A stretch of DNA of 15,729 nucleotides, taken from assembly GCA_024626585.2 (NCBI GenBank), contig JANKJI020000004.1, positions 42,850,929 through 42,866,657 on the forward strand, in the 5' to 3' direction. The translations under genes were made by a program, and so were the position numbers. Every line of letters starts with the position of its first letter. Positions within the stretch are counted from its first letter, which is position 1. This document shows, piece by piece, positions 10,733 through 15,729 of the stretch. The notes beneath the pieces were generated by a model. That model made no database searches. It worked only from the letters and a program-made list of their open reading frames with translations, and was not told the origin of the DNA. This DNA is from Ginkgo biloba (Eukaryota > Plantae > Ginkgophyta).

Positions 10733-11897
10733 TTCATAAGTTAGTATTTTATGTCGACCACCAAGCATTGTTATATCTAATCAATAAACCAATCCTCAAG
10801 GAATAATTAGTAAGTGGTGGTTGTTGTTTCAAGAGTTCAATTTTTCGATCATCATCAAACCTGGCACCTAGCATAACATTCCAAACTAATTGTCCCGAAT
10901 CGAGACAGGCAAAGAAGGGGAAGGGGTATAAGACAATTTTCCTGACATTGCATTATTTCATATCTTAGCAATATCAGAATGGTATGACGATATCACACAA
11001 TATGTATCAACTAGACTCATGCCACATGAGCTAGAAAGGACGAAAAGACGAAAGTCTAAAACATATCAATTCATTGACAAAGTATTGTATAAGGCCCTAA
11101 TCATTTTTTGCAACGATGTGTGATGGAACATGAAGTTCCAACTCTTATCAAAGAGGCACATGAAGGAATTGAAGGTGGCCATCTCTAGAGTGATGGAACA
11201 ACACGGAAGTTACTACTAGAAATATTGTGTTGTTTGGCCCTATTTAAAGATGCTAAGAAATGGGCTAAGAATTGTGATGTTTGCTGAAGAGTGGGGAAGC
11301 CAAGGGAAACACACCATCAACCTCTTCACCCTATCCTAGCCCAATGTCCATTCGANNNNNNNNNNNNNNACCAACATGAAGAATCCAAACAAGATATATA
11401 TTAGTGGTTACCTATTATGTCATAGCAAAGGCCTTGTAGAATTGCGATGCTCAAAGCACAACACGATTTATTTATGAAATGATAATTACCAAGTTTGTAT
11501 GTCCCATAGAAATAGTGAGTGACTACAGGGGTGCCTTCATTAATAAAACCATCAAGTGCCTCGCAAAAGAATTTATGGTGATCCATGGAAAGTCAATCAC
11601 TTACTACTCAAAAGCAAATTGTTTAGCNNNNNNNNNNNNNNNNAGTAATGTTGATAGGAATGATTGGGCTTAGAAGCTTTATGCACTTTTATGGGCAGAT
11701 TGCATGACGAGTAAACAAAAACATGGCTATATACCATTTCAACTGGCTTATGATCAGGAAGCTATCATGCCCTTCAAATTCATGGTACCAAATCCAAGGA
11801 TAGCAATCAAACATTGCATGGGCAACATTGACACCTTAAAGGGAAGACTACATGTAATAAATTACTTGGACGAGACACGAGCAATTGTAGCCCACTT
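10733..11897 (+). pseudogene. pol: pol remnant: RNase H C-terminus, integrase zinc finger and core
   Basis: RNase H end: HKLVFYVDHQALLYLINKP / QGIISKWWLLFQEFNFSIIIKPG..LSRIETG...DNFPD. H2C2 finger: EAHEGIEGGH (His at 11159 and 11180)...KNCDVC (Cys at 11273 and 11282). Core: RYILV...FIYEMIITKFVCPIEIVSDYRGAFIN...YYSKAN...NDW...LLWA...GYIPFQLAY. Multiple stops and frameshifts are present. Confidence 0.93.
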
Positions 11898-12094
11898 NNN
11901 NNNNNNNNNNNNNNNNNNNNNNNNNNNNNNNNNNNNNNNNNNNNNNNNNNNNNNNNNNNNNNNNNNNNNNNNNNNNNNNNNNNNNNNNNNNNNNNNNAGA
12001 TCACCCACCTACCTTGCAATACTTTAAAATTGCCTCTTACATCTTATTTTACCACAACAAAGTGAAAGAAGAGCAATGTAGCAATTGTGGGCAA

Positions 12095-14301
12095 ATGACT
12101 ACAAGGGAAGTGAAACAACTGAATAAAGGTAGGCAGGCAACCATGAAGAAGGCTTACGATCGATTGAAGGCAAACAACTAGGTAAAGATGTCGAAGGAGA
12201 TTTTAAAATTCCAAATTGAGGTGAGAGAGCATGATGTCCCTTAACATCACAAGCAATACAAGCATTTCCAACAAACCATCCTTTATGCCAAGAAATAGAT
12301 CAATCGAGATTAGCACTGCACCTTCTAATTTGACCAATCTTCCATGAGCTAAGTTCTTTGGCATCTACTATTGGGATGGTACCCTGGACCCAACTATCAT
12401 CGAAATCTCAAACCAAGTTATTCACGAGGTCAATGGCTTATCGAACGAGGGACCAGAAGTACCAATGGCTACATGACAAGACCAACAAGTCATTGCACAA
12501 GAATCTATTTGCAGTCTTCAGAAGCTAGAATCTCTAGAATATGTGGATAGCTTGAACAATGAAAATTTGTGATGGGTTACACAGTACGTGGCTACCAAAC
12601 TATTGGGAAATCAAAAAGCTTACATATCCCCACACAATCTAAGACGACATTGCAACAAGTCTTGCAAGGTACTAAGTTAAACTGATACACATTTGTGCAT
12701 TATAAGATTCTCAATTTGTTAAAGAAAATCAAAGAGCCACCTTAGCCTTCCTCATTTTTTCTACCCACAATATTCATGAGTTTATTGCTAGCACAATGTC
12801 CAACAATTGAATTGGCCATACTAGACAACAACCCTAAATTTCCTCAACTTGCTAGTTGGGTAGTATCATATCTCAAAATTAGCATCACATAGACTAATTT
12901 AATTAGTTTTACGACATCCTTTCTTGGAGCATTATCATGGTTGTAGGAGAAGACAAAACCTCAACCCAAAAAGAGAAGAAGAGAAAAATGAAGGAAGCAA
13001 TAATAGAGCCTACGGTCGACAAGCAAGACCCAACCTCCCAAAAAGACATTGAAGAGGAATTGTAGGAGGGTAAAATACCAACAGTTGAAGAAGTGCTAGT
13101 GATATTTCCAAACACTAGTATTCCCAACATACCCCTTGTTGTAAGACCCGCAAGCAAGGCGTGCAAGTGTCATTAGGCCCAACAATCACTTCTTTAGCGA
13201 TTGTGCCTAGACTGTGTTGGGAAGATAATATTCCCAATGGACNNNNNNNNNNAAATTTCAGTGGATTGGTAGAGTTGAAATTTTTGAAGATAGGTTGGAC
13301 AAGATAGAGTGTGAGCTCTCCAACCATGCACAATCGAAGCCTACCTTCATAACAAATATGATTCAAATTATGGTACATGATTTAGTAGCTAAGGTGAAAG
13401 AGCAAACTCGGGAAGTTAACCAAGAAACCTTGGATGCTCATGCCCAATTTCAAGAAGACAAGAAGAAGATCAAGTATTGAAGANNNNNNNNNNNNNNNNN
13501 NNNNNNNNNNNNNNNNNNNNNNNNNNNNNNNNNNNNNNNNNNNNNNNNNNNNNNNNNNNNNNNNNNNNNNNNNNNNNNNNNNNNNNNNNNNNNNNNNNNN
13601 NNNNNNNNNNNNNNNNNNNNNNNNNNNNNNNNNNNNNNNNNNNNNNNNNNNNNNNNNNNNNNNNNNNNNNNNNNNNNNNNNNNNNNNNNNNNNNNNNNNN
13701 TTTTTTTAATATAACATTCATATTTCTAAAGAAATCAAGAGAGGAAAACAAACATTTAACATCAAAACAAGCATAAAACTAACCTATACCTTTGCGAAAA
13801 AATTGCATTTCATATGCTATTATGTTTTAACTTATAATTAAGCTAAATATTCTATGGTCATAGCATTGACCAAAATCTTTAAAAAATTCAAAGTTTTTTT
13901 TTTAATACTTCGGTCTTGTCTAAAAAATTGCCAACAATTCATTTTTTTCTTAAAAAAGCATCAAATCTTATGACTTGGGACATACCATCATTACCAAATT
14001 GGGTGCCTGGGTATTGCAATGTGATCGTGAAAGAAAAGGAGTTGCTTGAAGCCAAATTAGCTCAAGCCCAAGTATTGGTTACCACCATGGATGCTCAAAA
14101 AGAAGCTAAATCTCTATGTAAGCAATTGTAGAAGGTAATTACAGAATCTACTCAAATGGAAGCCAATTGGAGATAAAAAATAAAACAAAAAAAAAATTAT
14201 TAGAGTAGCATAACATTCCTCCTCTTGGCACATCACTAGGTTCATCTAAAGGCAAAAAAAATGAAGAAATTTCCAAGGGCGCAGAGGTAGTAGAATTTTG
14301 A
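12095..14301 (+). pseudogene. 3' extra ORF remnant: PMD/Transposase_32-like domain, charged linker, coiled-coil tail
   Basis: Frame +3 at 12396-12467 reads IIEISNQVIHEVNGLSNEGPEVPM. Frame +2 at 12650-12790 reads LQQVLQGTKLN*YTFVHYKILNLLKKIKE...FFLPTIFMSLLL. A Lys/Glu-rich segment follows at about 12950-13090, and helical segments match ORF 13295-13480 and the distal half of ORF 13916-14131. It is interrupted by stops, frameshifts and an insertion. Confidence 0.6.
13701..14021. mobile_element. AT-rich non-coding insertion within the extra ORF (possible MITE or DNA-transposon end)
   Basis: Non-coding sequence rich in poly-A/poly-T runs ends ...GGGTATTGCAATG, after which the coiled-coil frame IVKEKELLEAKLAQAQ resumes. 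The left end is hidden in Ns (13484-13700). Confidence 0.5.
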
Positions 14302-14317
14302 AAATATTGTGTTGAAC

Positions 14318-14349
14318 GAGGACATTCAAACAAATTGTGGTCGAAGAGA
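14318..14349 (+). promoter_or_regulatory. GAGGAC motif and decayed polypurine tract
   Basis: GAGGAC lies at 14318-14323, a motif commonly found just upstream of Gypsy PPTs. GGTCGAAGAGA (14339-14349) abuts the TG of the 3' LTR. Confidence 0.6.
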
Positions 14350-15061
14350 TGTGTGTTAATAGTTTTGCACCAATAGAATCACCAAACAACAATCGACATT
14401 CTATTATAATCTTCGATCATAGCGTTCTTGCAGTCTTCGGTCATAAAGCTATTGAAATCTTTCATCGCAGCACTGTTTTAGTCTTCCATCATAGCATTGT
14501 TACAGTCTTCAATCAAAACTTGTAGTCTTCAATCGCAACTCAAGTTCCAGACTTCAATTACAGGCCGATCACAAGAGATAAGGACTTGATTGTCGTTTTA
14601 ATCAATGAATGGATAAAACCAAGATTAATTAGTCAGTAAATTGTAATTAGTGAAAGTTATATTGTTGTACCTATCTCTTCATATATGACTCTTGGAAAAG
14701 GCACAAGTTCGCCTATTTAATGTAATTGCCTTTGGGTAAATGATCATCTATCTATCACAATTCCTTCTTTGTATCTCATCTATGTAATGTTATTCTTCTA
14801 TTAAATAAATACAACTATTGTTCATTATTAAAGGTTGTTTATATGGGATTCTGTGAATTCTAGCATGTATATTCACAATTAATATAGTAATTAAGACGTT
14901 GATGCTGGTATATAGCACCAATACTCTTACAACTGAGAATGCCTTCACATTAGTAAGAGCAATGCAACCCGACCCTTATAGATGCATGAACATTGGTGCT
15001 AAACCAAGTTGTGTATATCCTAATGAATACCCCTTTATTGCTAATGTATCTCTAGTAAACA
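14350..15061 (+). repeat. 3' LTR
   Basis: Runs TGTGTGTTAATAG...GTAAACA and is homologous to 8441-9064. It is followed by CTTTT. Confidence 0.88.
14402..14541 (+). repeat. 24-bp tandem repeat x6 in 3' LTR U3
   Basis: Units start at 14402, 14426, 14450, 14474, 14498 and 14520; the last two are 22 bp. Consensus is about TRTTGCAGTCTTCGATCATAGCAT. Confidence 0.88.
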
Positions 15062-15066
15062 CTTTT

Positions 15067-15729
15067 TCCCTCAAATGCTAGAGAGTATTATGTCAAATTA
15101 TTGATTGAAGTGTTAATTCCTTGAGGTTTATAATGTGTGGTATGAAGAAAACAATTATTATCCCTACTAAAACATTTTGTGTTGTAGATTTGACAAAAAT
15201 TGTGGCAATCTCCATTTGGTTGAAGAAATATTGGTCAAATAGACTCCAATTGATGATACATGATGGGTTGCACCACATATCTAGAATGCACTTCTATCAA
15301 TAGCAAGCTTAGCAACTAGTTACCCATATGTCTTAGTGATGGGTGCAAACAATACAAATATCTAAGGATTAAGGATATGATGCACTTTCTCACATTTCAA
15401 GAGTGATCCTAGGTTGCAAAACTAATTCAACTCGCAAAAATAACCAAACTATAAGAAAATGACCCGATTGGTTAGAGTAACCCTAACAAAAGGAGAGCCA
15501 AATGTGATTGCATTAGTAAAAGATGTCCCTATGGAAGAGGAATGCAACACCCCCTATTTGAATCACACAACATGCAAGCATTTTAGAATTTTAAAATTAT
15601 TCTAATGGGTGGCCGAAGGGGGGGAACCAACATTCTCCTTCATAAAAACTTTAATACATTCAACAGTGGGAAGAAAAAATGAAGTAGTTTGTGGTGTGAG
15701 CTCTATGGAAGAGTCACACTTCAACACCT
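15067..15729 (+). pseudogene. Helitron Rep remnant, segment 3
   Basis: 15252-15278 reads DDT*WVAPH (cf. DNRWVVPY/H). Starting 62 nt after the Trp codon is ICLSDGCKQYKYL..GYD (cf. IC.S....KYL.KY..KG.D; expected spacing is 20 codons). 15555-15593 reads YL...QAF/RIL (cf. RY.S..EA.WRI). EPTFSFIKTLIH...NEVV follows (cf. P.V..L.IHL...VVF). Confidence 0.55.

Larger units (their letters stand above)
8441..15061 (+). mobile_element. Decayed Ty3/Gypsy LTR retrotransposon (non-chromovirus, Athila-like), lacking PR-RT, with 3' extra ORF
   Basis: Direct repeats at 8441-9064 and 14350-15061 are flanked by CTTTT at 8436-8440 and 15062-15066. Domain order is gag, RNase H, integrase (RH before INT is the Gypsy order). 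PBS-like and PPT-like sites lie at the expected positions. Confidence 0.9.

Noticed and set aside
14337-14525. 62-aa ORF with an 8-residue periodic pattern
   Set aside because: It is a by-product of the 24-bp LTR repeat, whose length is divisible by 3. The 5' LTR has no equivalent ORF in the track.
14402-14541. Regularly spaced repeats resembling a CRISPR array
   Set aside because: The units are contiguous and degenerate with no unique spacers, there are no cas genes, and the context is a eukaryotic LTR.

Overview
AT-rich, gap-ridden eukaryotic sequence made almost entirely of nested, decayed transposable elements. A large seed-plant genome such as a gymnosperm is inferred from the TE types only. 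I see no intact host gene, RNA gene or CRISPR array, and most ORFs in the supplied track are spurious or N-bridged. The best-supported feature is a Ty3/Gypsy (non-chromovirus, Athila-like) LTR retrotransposon at about 8441-15061 (+). It has two diverged LTRs, a candidate CTTTT target-site duplication, decayed PBS and PPT, gag, the RNase H C-terminus and integrase, no protease or RT, and a long decayed 3' extra ORF with Plant-Mobile-Domain/Transposase_32-like motifs. It appears to be a fusion of two related subfamily members: the gag N-terminus occurs twice with synonymous-biased divergence, and the LTRs carry 3 versus 6 copies of a 24-bp repeat. This element and an upstream LTR-like segment appear to have split an ancient Helitron Rep gene, whose motifs read in the correct order at 6583-6872, 8015-8440 and 15067-15729. 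A LINE ORF2 zf-RVT remnant and several weaker LTR and DNA-transposon fragments make up the left part. I found no evidence of a functional novel system. All protein assignments are by-eye motif recognition and need HMM confirmation.
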